Positions 48,381-55,945 of a DNA stretch of 64,000 nucleotides are shown one piece after another. The notes beneath the pieces were generated by a model. The model was given only the letters and a program-made list of their open reading frames with translations. It did no database searches and was not told where the DNA came from. Source of the DNA: Escherichia phage vB_EcoM_Schickermooser. The DNA lies in the sequence record NC_048196.1; one strand, given 5' to 3'. Position 1 is the stretch's first letter; each line of letters opens with the position of its first letter. The position numbers and the translations under genes were made by a program.

Positions 48381-48739
48381 TTGACGTTCAAATTATGCGC
48401 AACGAAAGAATGGACTTCTTTGAAGCAGTAGAGAAACATCTGATCAGATGGGACTATGAATTTGTTCCTGCTGGATGTGGACCAGTAGAGCATTTAGCGG
48501 AAGACGACGATGTATACATGATCATTCGTCAAGTGTACCAGACAGACCAGTGTGAAGAAACTCCCGAACTGATTTTGTTTGAGTGTAAAGATCTTGCAAA
48601 ATATTTTGACTATGGCGGAAAAGAGGGTCATAATCTCTCCAGATACAATAAACGTCTACTTATCTTAGACTACATGCGGAACAACAAACACAAACTCATC
48701 GACGCAGACGCAGTTTATGGCTACTGGTGGATGGACTAA
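48374..48739 (+). CDS. hypothetical protein (121 aa)
   Basis: GAGGAGG RBS. Confidence 0.5.
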   Translation: MLVDVQIMRNERMDFFEAVEKHLIRWDYEFVPAGCGPVEHLAEDDDVYMIIRQVYQTDQCEETPELILFECKDLAKYFDYGGKEGHNLSRYNKRLLILDYMRNNKHKLIDADAVYGYWWMD

Positions 48740-48752
48740 CAAAGGAGAAACT

Positions 48753-48932
48753 ATGGCACGTTTAGCAGATCATGAAATCTTTAAACCTATTCTGAACCAC
48801 TATGATGAACTTAAAGCAGTGTTGGATTGTTATAGAGAGGATGAAGAACGTTTGGAAGTCAATCTTAAGATAGTTCTGATGAAAGCTTTTCAAGACGGGC
48901 AAGCTAAAGTTTTAGAAGGCATGAAAAAATGA
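48753..48932 (+). CDS. hypothetical protein (59 aa)
   Basis: AGGAG RBS before ATG at 48753. Confidence 0.45.
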   Translation: MARLADHEIFKPILNHYDELKAVLDCYREDEERLEVNLKIVLMKAFQDGQAKVLEGMKK

Positions 48933-49471
48933 GAATAACTGATGAATATGTATTCTTCTTTTCACATAAAGATGTGTTTAGTAATTGGTATATTGCACCC
49001 TTTACAGAAACTGAACCAGGTTACAATGAGACTTTCTGTTGTGTTGAGCAATATATGATGTGGCGTAAGGCTTTGCTGTTCAAGGATCATGCGATTGCAG
49101 CAGCTATCCTTGATCACTCAACTATACGTGACAACGAGAGGAAACAAGCATACTACAAACGTATGGGTCGAGCGGTATCTGGTTTTAATAATAATATGTG
49201 GGAAGAGAACCGTGAGCGTATTGTTATGCGGGGCTTATGCTTGAAATATGTACAGAATCCAGATTTGTATGCAGACTTACACCTTTACCAATACAAAACG
49301 TTTGTTGAAGCAAGTCCTTACGATAAGGTTTACGGTATTGGAATGGGAATGTATGAACCAGGGGTGCTAAACCCTGCTACCTGGAAAGGGCAGAATCTTT
49401 TAGGCAAATATCATAATAAACTGATCGAAATACTTTTCCCAGACAAAATACCGCAAAGACGATATTTGTGA
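48929..49471 (+). CDS. NADAR (YbiA-like) domain protein (180 aa)
   Basis: Hallmark blocks FFFSHKDVFSNWY..PF, FCCVEQYMMWRKALLF and EASPYDKVYGIG as in YbiA/NADAR N-glycosidases. Confidence 0.75.
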   Translation: MRITDEYVFFFSHKDVFSNWYIAPFTETEPGYNETFCCVEQYMMWRKALLFKDHAIAAAILDHSTIRDNERKQAYYKRMGRAVSGFNNNMWEENRERIVMRGLCLKYVQNPDLYADLHLYQYKTFVEASPYDKVYGIGMGMYEPGVLNPATWKGQNLLGKYHNKLIEILFPDKIPQRRYL

Positions 49472-49526
49472 TATTTTAACTTTTTTCATTTTTAGAACAA
49501 AGGTGTCACTTTGTAGCACAGAAATA

Positions 49527-49562
49527 AGGCTCCTACAGCACCGTAGAGAGCCTGTTATTTTG
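49527..49562 (+). terminator. rho-independent terminator after NADAR gene
   Basis: GGCTCCTAC-AGCACC-GTAGAGAGCC stem followed by TGTTATTTTG. Confidence 0.55.
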
Positions 49563-49715
49563 TCCTATACAAACCCTTGTCTTTTTCAGTTTGCATCACT
49601 AGGATTCGATCTGAGTGGGTTCCTGAAGGTTTACCAATAAGATTAAAGGTTATATCAAATTCCCACTATCTTTTATCTCAAAAATCCCTCAAATTATTTA
49701 AACTTTTTAAGAATT

Positions 49716-49900
49716 TACAAAAGTGAAAGTTGAAAACCAAAATTTAAAGTTTAGGAAAATTATCTTAAAATGTTAGATACAAAACAAAACTCAAAAGTCA
49801 AGGAAAATTTTAAAAATTTTGCGCGCCCACAGTATTTAAAGTTTTTTTGCTTTTACAAAAATGAAAGTACAAAAGCAAAATTTAAAGTTTACAAAAATTT
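49716..49900. repeat. degenerate A-rich tandem repeats (~68-bp period, about 3 copies)
   Basis: TACAAAAGTGAAAGTTGAAAACCAAAATTTAAAGTTTAGGAAAATT recurs as TACAAAAATGAAAGTACAAAAGCAAAATTTAAAGTTTACAAAAATT, with a partial copy between. Confidence 0.6.
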
Positions 49901-49941
49901 TTATGCAGGTGAAAATGAGAAGAGTTCTCATATGGAAATGC

Positions 49942-50021
49942 AAATGATAATGATTCGCATTTAAGTTTATAAATGAGAATGATTGTCATTTACCTTATTA
50001 AATAAGAATCAATCTCATTTA
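49942..50021. repeat. three 22-bp iteron-like direct repeats at 29-bp spacing
   Basis: AAATGATAATGATTCGCATTTA (49942), AAATGAGAATGATTGTCATTTA (49971), AAATAAGAATCAATCTCATTTA (50000); each is an internal imperfect palindrome; first copy loosely resembles a Fur box. Confidence 0.65.
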
Positions 50022-50280
50022 GAGAATGACGCGCAGGGGCGGTGTTTGTCTCGCGCTCCCGTGTCCCCTCGCCATGTAATAAGAATAACAGATCCAGCCA
50101 GGAAAGCAAGCGATTATTTTATCTTTACATTTCTTTACAAATATATAGCGCCCAGCCTACCGGCGATCAACCTTCCAACCAGTGCCCCCTGGTATGTTAG
50201 CCCCGCCTTTACGCCGTGGGGGTGGCGCTTCCTCTTCTGTATGTAAAACAGTATAAGCCCGATCCCTGGGCTTGTCAAGA

Positions 50281-50544
50281 TTATTTTTTGTTTTCTTGCC
50301 AGGATAGGACACCTAACCAAAAATACATATCGCCCCGCGCCCCTGGTGGTATCTTGCTTTCCCCGCCGCCACTGCAAGCCCATAGATAACCATTTGCGAA
50401 CGTATCAAAATGATCTATTTCTTCCACCCTATGATCGCCCAGGTTGAGAACTGTTTCAACCTTTAAGCCCGTTGCGCTTGCTACCTGGTGCACCGTGCCG
50501 CCTTGCCAGCCCAATGAGTGCATAAGGTGTAATGTAGTTGTCAT
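50281..50544 (-). CDS. possible ORF (87 aa) in GC-rich intergenic segment
   Basis: Only candidate ORF in an otherwise non-coding GC-rich stretch; no convincing RBS; may not be a gene. Confidence 0.2.
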   Translation of the reverse strand: MTTTLHLMHSLGWQGGTVHQVASATGLKVETVLNLGDHRVEEIDHFDTFANGYLWACSGGGESKIPPGARGDMYFWLGVLSWQENKK

Positions 50545-50652
50545 GGTATCGCCCTTTCTTTGTTGTGCGCCCTGGTTGGCGCGGTAGAAAGATAATAGCC
50601 CTTTTCTTTATATATAGCAAGCAAAAAGAAAATAAAAAAGATTGAAAAATGG

Positions 50653-50711
50653 TTGACGTTAACCAGACGGCGGCGTAGTATTCATCTTGTAGGGCGGCAA
50701 TGGTGCCGCTC
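50653..50711 (+). promoter_or_regulatory. promoter-hairpin cassette (TTGACG-17-TAGTAT, hairpin GGGCGGCAATGGTGCCGC)
   Basis: First copy of the repeated unit; hairpin starts 8 nt after the -10 hexamer. Confidence 0.6.
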
Positions 50712-50730
50712 ACTATTTGGAGTTAAGATC

Positions 50731-50928
50731 ATGGCAACATTGCACATTGTGGCGAAAGCTGGACAAATCAACGTAGTGGTAAACGGTTTTACTGAGTTCA
50801 GTCACCCCCAGGATGATCATGAAACGGTTTTATCTTTCATTGATTCCCTGTTAGAAATGGGAGTCATTACAGAAGACCAGCACGCTACAAAATGCAAGCG
50901 CGTTAATCAAATTGCAGGAATAGAATAA
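50731..50928 (+). CDS. hypothetical small protein (65 aa)
   Basis: GGAG RBS; ORF-track N-terminal extension LVGRQWCRS is translation of the hairpin. Confidence 0.5.
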   Translation: MATLHIVAKAGQINVVVNGFTEFSHPQDDHETVLSFIDSLLEMGVITEDQHATKCKRVNQIAGIE

Positions 50929-50934
50929 AAACTA

Positions 50935-50993
50935 TTGACAACAAACAACAACCTGATAAGATGTATCACATAGGGCGGGAAGTGGTTTCCCGC
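50935..50993 (+). promoter_or_regulatory. promoter-hairpin cassette (TTGACA-16-TAAGAT, hairpin GGGCGGGAAGTGGTTTCCCGC)
   Basis: Consensus hexamers at canonical spacing; GC-rich stem-loop 8 nt downstream of -10. Confidence 0.65.
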
Positions 50994-51018
50994 TCGTAAC
51001 AGAAGAGAGATTATCATC

Positions 51019-51291
51019 ATGGCATCATATAGCGCAACAATGATCGTAGCTGGCACAACTGGTAAACCTATGAGCGGTGGCGGATCTTTCGCTAATATCA
51101 ATATTGACGGGCGTTTATCCCTGGACGCAGCGATCGCTATTGCACGGGAAACATTTAAGAAAGAATGTAATTTCAACAAGCAAGATTATCTCGGTTTCGC
51201 TATTGAAAAAACCGCGCGCTTTGTTGATTATAAAAGCCCGAAAATGGTTGATACTACACTAAAAGCGCAAGATGTAGCGTTTTTGCTTTAA
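51019..51291 (+). CDS. hypothetical small protein (90 aa)
   Basis: AGAGAG RBS; follows cassette. Confidence 0.55.
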   Translation: MASYSATMIVAGTTGKPMSGGGSFANINIDGRLSLDAAIAIARETFKKECNFNKQDYLGFAIEKTARFVDYKSPKMVDTTLKAQDVAFLL

Positions 51292-51294
51292 GGC

Positions 51295-51350
51295 TTGACA
51301 TTAACGAATAATTTGTTAATATGTTACATAAAGCGGGAATAGTTCCCGCT
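51295..51350 (+). promoter_or_regulatory. promoter-hairpin cassette (TTGACA-16-TAATAT, hairpin AGCGGGAATAGTTCCCGCT)
   Basis: Variant hairpin without the TAGGG lead. Confidence 0.6.
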
Positions 51351-51367
51351 ATTTGTAAGGTGGTAGA

Positions 51368-51625
51368 ATGTTTTACATCAAATTAAAAGGTCACGTGATC
51401 GCGTTCAAAGATAACGCTTTTTACAGATTAGCAAAATATGCGTTAATACATCCCCACTATGTTTATATAAGGGGGCGTGATGAAATAAATATCTTTGATC
51501 AAACAACATGCGAGAACATCGAGATCCGCAAGGTTGGCGTACGTGATTATCGTACATCTTTCTACCCTTGCAAGGATTCAGCAAGTCTTTTTAAAGTATG
51601 CCAATTGTTGAAAAAAGGTGGTTAA
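51368..51625 (+). CDS. hypothetical small protein (85 aa)
   Basis: AAGGTGG RBS. Confidence 0.55.
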   Translation: MFYIKLKGHVIAFKDNAFYRLAKYALIHPHYVYIRGRDEINIFDQTTCENIEIRKVGVRDYRTSFYPCKDSASLFKVCQLLKKGG

Positions 51626-51626
51626 T

Positions 51627-52184
51627 ATGGGCCGCGAATATGTGATCCAGTCTTGGGTAAAACATGAAGCAGATGATCCGCGCATCATTCCCGATCATCT
51701 TGTCGATGAATCCACGGGCTATAGCGGGGAGCAAATAGGTAACAGATTAGCACGTAGTAACGGCAACGTAAAAGCGCGTTATGTGCGCCCTGGTTGGCTG
51801 GCAAATGGTAACGCTGATTTATCCAGTGCGGAAGATGCGAGCGACGGCGCGAAAGATAATCCTTTGTACAAAGTTGATCCGGCTTTTCGTGTCCTGGATG
51901 AATACCCCAGCAAGATAGCGGCGCTTGATGAAGCACTAGAAAGTAAGCGCATCACCTGGACCGCTTACAACATGGCAAAAAACGTACTTGATGGTAAACT
52001 GATTCAAGCGGAGAGAAAATTAGCCAAAATTGCAGCCATAGCCCAGGAGGAAGACGAGGAGACAACGGAAGAGGAAGAGTACGAAGAGATCCCGCCGTTG
52101 TTGTGTGTTGATGCTTTTCCTGATTATCAGCCGACAGAGGAAGAAAAAAGGATCGCCCTAGAAAACTTTGAAAATAGTCTTTGA
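51627..52184 (+). CDS. hypothetical protein with acidic C-terminal region (185 aa)
   Basis: GGTGG RBS before ATG at 51627; acidic tract QEEDEETTEEEEYEE. Confidence 0.55.
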   Translation: MGREYVIQSWVKHEADDPRIIPDHLVDESTGYSGEQIGNRLARSNGNVKARYVRPGWLANGNADLSSAEDASDGAKDNPLYKVDPAFRVLDEYPSKIAALDEALESKRITWTAYNMAKNVLDGKLIQAERKLAKIAAIAQEEDEETTEEEEYEEIPPLLCVDAFPDYQPTEEEKRIALENFENSL

Positions 52185-52239
52185 CATATCGCCGCCACTA
52201 GCATAATATTTACCACGTAGGGCGGCAATGGTGCCGCTC
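52181..52239 (+). promoter_or_regulatory. promoter-hairpin cassette (TTGACA-17-TAATAT, hairpin GGGCGGCAATGGTGCCGC)
   Basis: -35 overlaps stop codon of upstream gene. Confidence 0.6.
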
Positions 52240-52266
52240 ATAGTGAAATTATACAAGAGGCTTACA

Positions 52267-52362
52267 ATGATTAATAAAGAAAATAGCTTGACGGTTGGAA
52301 CGATTAACGGTATCATTCTAGCCGTTCCATTTTGGATTGTAGTAGCGGCTATTATTTTCTAA
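52267..52362 (+). CDS. small hydrophobic peptide (31 aa; not in ORF track)
   Basis: Hand-translated MINKENSLTVGTINGIILAVPFWIVVAAIIF; AAGAGG RBS; sits between two cassettes. Confidence 0.4.
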   Translation: MINKENSLTVGTINGIILAVPFWIVVAAIIF

Positions 52363-52370
52363 AAATATTC

Positions 52371-52431
52371 TTGACAACGTTTTTTAATCTGATAAGATGT
52401 ATCACATAGGGCGGCGGAATACTTCCCCGCC
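52371..52431 (+). promoter_or_regulatory. promoter-hairpin cassette (TTGACA-16-TAAGAT, hairpin GGGCGGCGGAATACTTCCCCGCC)
   Basis: Same architecture. Confidence 0.65.
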
Positions 52432-52452
52432 AAAACAAAAAAGGGTAACACA

Positions 52453-52815
52453 ATGAGCAAGCAAATCAATACTATCATGTTTAATCTGGTATCTTTCCGT
52501 GAAGATATGAAAAATTTACCACGTGAAACGGTTGATATTCATGTTTCAGCTTATCGCGCCCTTATTGACATGTTACCGCTAAAACGTGATCAACATGCCG
52601 CTAACATGATGCTTAATGCTATGCTTAAAAAGATGATTCAAACGGATCTCATCCTGGCGTATGAGTATCAAGGGCGCTTATATGCTACTTACAACAAGGC
52701 GGTACCTGGTCTGGGAAGTACCGAAGAGTTGCACGGCTTAAACCTGGATCAGAACACTTGGGATAGTATGCGCCGCGTTATGGTATGGGCCGAAAGCGGT
52801 AAAATTTACGAATAA
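52453..52815 (+). CDS. hypothetical protein (120 aa)
   Basis: AAGGG RBS. Confidence 0.55.
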   Translation: MSKQINTIMFNLVSFREDMKNLPRETVDIHVSAYRALIDMLPLKRDQHAANMMLNAMLKKMIQTDLILAYEYQGRLYATYNKAVPGLGSTEELHGLNLDQNTWDSMRRVMVWAESGKIYE

Positions 52816-52820
52816 AACGG

Positions 52821-52877
52821 TTGACACTGTTTAAAATTCTGGTATAGTTTATCACGTAGGGCGGCAATGGTGCCGCC
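52821..52877 (+). promoter_or_regulatory. promoter-hairpin cassette (TTGACA-17-TATAGT, hairpin GGGCGGCAATGGTGCCGCC)
   Basis: Same architecture. Confidence 0.65.
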
Positions 52878-52897
52878 AACAATAAAAGGTTAACATC

Positions 52898-53077
52898 ATG
52901 ACTATCATTGCAAAAACTGAGATTATAGGTTTAGATTCGATCCTCCTGGCTTATGAGGAAACTTTAAAAATGTATGTAGTGACCTATGGTGATTATGTGC
53001 GTGAATACGAATACATTGATCTTGCTTTCGAATGTTACATTCGCCAGGTCAATAAAGCCTATAACGATTATCGTTAA
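52898..53077 (+). CDS. hypothetical small protein (59 aa; not in ORF track)
   Basis: Hand-translated MTIIAKTEIIGLDSILLAYEETLKMYVVTYGDYVREYEYIDLAFECYIRQVNKAYNDYR; AAGG RBS. Confidence 0.45.
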   Translation: MTIIAKTEIIGLDSILLAYEETLKMYVVTYGDYVREYEYIDLAFECYIRQVNKAYNDYR

Positions 53078-53096
53078 AAGTTTTAGTCTTATACTA

Positions 53097-53148
53097 TTGA
53101 CAATGAGTGATAGTATAAGCATAATAACTTTTATCGGGAATACTTCCC
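53097..53148 (+). promoter_or_regulatory. promoter-hairpin cassette variant (TTGACA-17-CATAAT, hairpin GGGAATACTTCCC)
   Basis: Shorter stem. Confidence 0.5.
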
Positions 53149-53173
53149 ACTAACCAAAAAAGAGAGTAATATC

Positions 53174-53539
53174 ATGGCTATTAATATCAATGTTTCCTCT
53201 TATGCTACCCTGGCTGACACGGCTAAAATTGAATTGTCCAGCATTGAGGCGGTGCATATTAGCGCCCGTCGTTGGTTTCAACAGTCCTACGGTAACACAT
53301 ATTTTTCTTTAATGGTTGACGTTGAGATCGGCGGTAAACTGATCGAGGTGGTTAACGTTCCGTTTCAATATGGCTATGGTGATCATTTTGATACCGTCGC
53401 CCTGGAAGAATTTAGCAAGGTTATCAACCTTGAGGGCAAGGAATTTTCACGCGGCGCGTATCTTTCCCGTTTTTGCCGTGACAATGGGATCACTGTATAC
53501 AGTCATGCAAGCGATGTAAAACGTAAAAAAGATTTATAA
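53174..53539 (+). CDS. hypothetical protein (121 aa)
   Basis: AGAGAG RBS. Confidence 0.55.
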   Translation: MAININVSSYATLADTAKIELSSIEAVHISARRWFQQSYGNTYFSLMVDVEIGGKLIEVVNVPFQYGYGDHFDTVALEEFSKVINLEGKEFSRGAYLSRFCRDNGITVYSHASDVKRKKDL

Positions 53540-53545
53540 AAAGCA

Positions 53546-53604
53546 TTGACAGCACGAATAAAAAGAGTAAACTGTATTACATAGAGAGCGGGAACACTTC
53601 CCGC
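53546..53604 (+). promoter_or_regulatory. promoter-hairpin cassette (TTGACA-16-TAAACT, hairpin GCGGGAACACTTCCCGC)
   Basis: Same architecture. Confidence 0.6.
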
Positions 53605-53628
53605 CTCACTGAAAAAGAGAGAAAAATC

Positions 53629-53868
53629 ATGGCTAAATCTAAAATGTACAACGGTCACAAAAACAAAACTCATTGGAATGTAAGCCTGTGGATTAATAAC
53701 GATGAGGGATTGTATCGGTTTGCACTGGGATTGATCAATGAGTGCGGTAATAAAGATCAGGCGGCTGATTTAATGTGCTACCGTTTGAAACAGGATGGAA
53801 TCACTACAACGCCAGACGGCTTTAAGTATAGTAAAACTGCAATCCGCGCCGCTATGGTTGGAATGTAA
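53629..53868 (+). CDS. hypothetical small protein (79 aa)
   Basis: AGAGAGA RBS. Confidence 0.55.
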   Translation: MAKSKMYNGHKNKTHWNVSLWINNDEGLYRFALGLINECGNKDQAADLMCYRLKQDGITTTPDGFKYSKTAIRAAMVGM

Positions 53869-53963
53869 AGGAGACATAAAAATGAAACATCGTTCGACCT
53901 ATCTCACAAAACGTTTTAGCTTAGATCATAAATTGGGCTATTACGGAAGAAATAGAAAATAAT

Positions 53964-54023
53964 TTGACAACGTTTAAAATTAGTGTAAGATGTATCACAT
54001 AGGGCGGGAAGTGGTTTCCCGCC
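53964..54023 (+). promoter_or_regulatory. promoter-hairpin cassette (TTGACA-16-TAAGAT, hairpin GGGCGGGAAGTGGTTTCCCGCC)
   Basis: Near-identical to the 50935 copy. Confidence 0.65.
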
Positions 54024-54045
54024 AACAACAGAGAGATTAAAGATT

Positions 54046-54273
54046 ATGGCTATCAATATTGTTCGCGTATCCGGCACCGTTGGCACTTCCCAGGTTGTAG
54101 CAGTTGTAACAAACAAAAAGATTAATGATGTATGTGAGATCTTGAATAAGTGGGCTATTGCTAATTTTGGGGAATATGCAAGCGTCGAGTACATCGAATC
54201 CTACCAGGTGCCAACCATCAGCCTGACCGATCTCAACGTTGATCGCCTGTTATGCCTGGATGAATTAATCTGA
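54046..54273 (+). CDS. hypothetical small protein (75 aa)
   Basis: AGAGAG RBS. Confidence 0.55.
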   Translation: MAINIVRVSGTVGTSQVVAVVTNKKINDVCEILNKWAIANFGEYASVEYIESYQVPTISLTDLNVDRLLCLDELI

Positions 54274-54282
54274 AAAAGATTG

Positions 54283-54340
54283 TTGACACGGGAAAGAAAA
54301 AGAGTAAACTGTATTACGTAGGGCGGCAATAGTGCCGCTC
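54283..54340 (+). promoter_or_regulatory. promoter-hairpin cassette (TTGACA-16-TAAACT, hairpin GGGCGGCAATAGTGCCGC)
   Basis: Same architecture. Confidence 0.65.
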
Positions 54341-54363
54341 ACAACAGAAGAGAGATTATCACG

Positions 54364-54576
54364 ATGGCTAATATCCGCACACTGTTAAAAAATGCAAGTC
54401 AAGTTTTATTTTCTGATCACGATCATTTTAATAAAGATATTACAGGCGTGAAGAATATCAAAGATGTAAAAAGTGTTATGGGTATATATTGCAATGTTAA
54501 ACGTGTTGGAACGTTCGGTGATAAAGTATTGTACCAATCAGGTGATTACAATTTTACTTTGACGATTATTTCATAA
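54364..54576 (+). CDS. hypothetical small protein (70 aa)
   Basis: AGAGAG RBS. Confidence 0.55.
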   Translation: MANIRTLLKNASQVLFSDHDHFNKDITGVKNIKDVKSVMGIYCNVKRVGTFGDKVLYQSGDYNFTLTIIS

Positions 54577-54581
54577 AACGC

Positions 54582-54643
54582 TTGCAATACTGCAAAAATA
54601 AAGTAAACTGTATTACATCAAGGCGGCGGAATGGTCCACCGCC
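54582..54643 (+). promoter_or_regulatory. promoter-hairpin cassette (TTGCAA-16-TAAACT, hairpin GGCGGCGGAATGGTCCACCGCC)
   Basis: Same architecture. Confidence 0.6.
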
Positions 54644-54667
54644 TAACAAAGAGAAGAGGAAAATATT

Positions 54668-54835
54668 ATGATCACTTTCGCTACCCGTGAAGCCGCTCGC
54701 AACGTTGCACGTAAAGTTAACGCCGCCAACCTGGGCGCTACGCTTAAAGCCCCTGTAAAAGATGAATCAGGAAAATGGATCTTCCCTGGTCTACGTCATG
54801 CTGACAAGTTAGGTACTTTAAGCCTTAAAAAATAA
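54668..54835 (+). CDS. hypothetical small basic protein (55 aa; not in ORF track)
   Basis: Hand-translated MITFATREAARNVARKVNAANLGATLKAPVKDESGKWIFPGLRHADKLGTLSLKK; AGAGGA RBS. Confidence 0.45.
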   Translation: MITFATREAARNVARKVNAANLGATLKAPVKDESGKWIFPGLRHADKLGTLSLKK

Positions 54836-54838
54836 TCG

Positions 54839-54876
54839 TTGACTTTTCGTTATAGCGCCTTATAATGGGCGCTATA
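54839..54876 (+). promoter_or_regulatory. promoter TTGACT-16-TATAAT with inverted repeat TATAGCGCC/GGCGCTATA flanking the -10
   Basis: Consensus -10 embedded between 9-bp inverted repeat arms (54851-54859 and 54868-54876); operator-like. Confidence 0.55.
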
Positions 54877-54913
54877 GAGAAGAGAAACCAATCACCAGAA
54901 AGAGAGAAAGAAA

Positions 54914-55132
54914 ATGGCAATCCGTAAAATTAAAGTTGTTTGCATTGAATCAACTGGTGGCGCTTTTGTAGTTGGTCAGAAATATAATGCGGTTTTAATG
55001 GGCATGGATTGGAAGGTTAAAGGTCTTGATGGTTACGAATACGGCACTACTCTCGGATTGCGTGGTCGAATCGGATACGTGAGCTTAGACAACAAAGAAA
55101 AATTTGTTTTCGATATTGTTGTGAGTAAATAG
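54914..55132 (+). CDS. hypothetical small protein (72 aa)
   Basis: AGAGAGA RBS. Confidence 0.55.
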   Translation: MAIRKIKVVCIESTGGAFVVGQKYNAVLMGMDWKVKGLDGYEYGTTLGLRGRIGYVSLDNKEKFVFDIVVSK

Positions 55133-55211
55133 CATGAATTGCTAAAGACTAATCTGCAAATTGCTGTATTATCAACTAATTGAAACGAAACACATAAAGA
55201 GAAAAAACATT

Positions 55212-55433
55212 ATGATCACTTTCGCTATTGTCGCCGTTGTTGCTGGTCAAGTTTACGTAAACGATACATTCACCACAGAAGACAAGGCCGCAGGAGATAT
55301 AACCGCCGTTTACAATGAGTGCAAGGCAGTAGAAAGGATGTTAGCGCCTTGTATGCTAATGAGTGAACGCCAGGACGGAATAACAGTATTTACTAACATT
55401 GAAACAGGGTACCAAATGGTAGTAACAAAATAA
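55212..55433 (+). CDS. hypothetical small protein with hydrophobic N-terminus (73 aa)
   Basis: AAGAGA RBS before ATG at 55212; N-terminus MITFA shared with 54668 ORF. Confidence 0.5.
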   Translation: MITFAIVAVVAGQVYVNDTFTTEDKAAGDITAVYNECKAVERMLAPCMLMSERQDGITVFTNIETGYQMVVTK

Positions 55434-55436
55434 AGC

Positions 55437-55493
55437 TTGACACCGATTTAATTTTTAGTAAACTGTTACACGTAGGGCGGGAATAGTTCCCGC
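55437..55493 (+). promoter_or_regulatory. promoter-hairpin cassette (TTGACA-16-TAAACT, hairpin GGGCGGGAATAGTTCCCGC)
   Basis: Same architecture. Confidence 0.65.
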
Positions 55494-55512
55494 TCAAAAA
55501 GAGAGAAAGACC

Positions 55513-55866
55513 ATGAAAGCACAAAATGCAATTAAAGAGTACATCCTTGCCGCTATCGATTTTAATGATTACGGTATTACAACCGAAAAAGAGAAGATCG
55601 CGGAATTGATGCGCCGTTTTAATTCCGAGTACTGGTACCCTGATAACCAATCACGTTTTAATTATAGTATTGTTAAAGCACTTGCATCATGGTTACAAGG
55701 TTTGCCATCAGATATCAATATCGCTTTCGAATATTGGGAAATTGATCGCTTGTTAACATCCTGGGGATACATTAAAGAGAATAGCAGCGATGATAAAATC
55801 CAACGAGAAAGGGAAAATTATTGGCTTTATATTGCAGGCGTGATCCTTGCTTGCTCTTATGAATGA
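55513..55866 (+). CDS. hypothetical protein (117 aa)
   Basis: AGAGAGA RBS. Confidence 0.55.
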   Translation: MKAQNAIKEYILAAIDFNDYGITTEKEKIAELMRRFNSEYWYPDNQSRFNYSIVKALASWLQGLPSDINIAFEYWEIDRLLTSWGYIKENSSDDKIQRERENYWLYIAGVILACSYE

Positions 55867-55872
55867 TAAACC

Positions 55873-55927
55873 TTGACAATTTTACAAAACAGTTTAAATT
55901 AACAATATAGCGGCAATGGTGCCGCTC
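55873..55927 (+). promoter_or_regulatory. promoter-hairpin cassette variant (TTGACA-17-AAATTA, hairpin AGCGGCAATGGTGCCGCT)
   Basis: Weak -10 but conserved hairpin. Confidence 0.5.
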
Positions 55928-55945
55928 ATATGAAGAGGAAACAAA

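Noticed and set aside
49472-49700. Possible tRNA or other structured RNA in the gap after the NADAR gene (GGATTCGATC-like segment near 49600)
   Set aside because: I could not fold a cloverleaf with an acceptor stem, a T-loop GTTCRANYC and an anticodon arm; the hairpin at 49528-49552 is better explained as a terminator. Untested by any covariance model.
50935-50993. The hairpin-containing units as promoters for a phage single-subunit RNA polymerase (GTATCACATAGGG has faint resemblance to T7/SP6-type promoters) or N4-type hairpin promoters
   Set aside because: Each unit has canonical sigma70 -35 and -10 hexamers at 16-17 bp spacing, which explains the conservation more simply; not excluded, but not supported by sequence alone.
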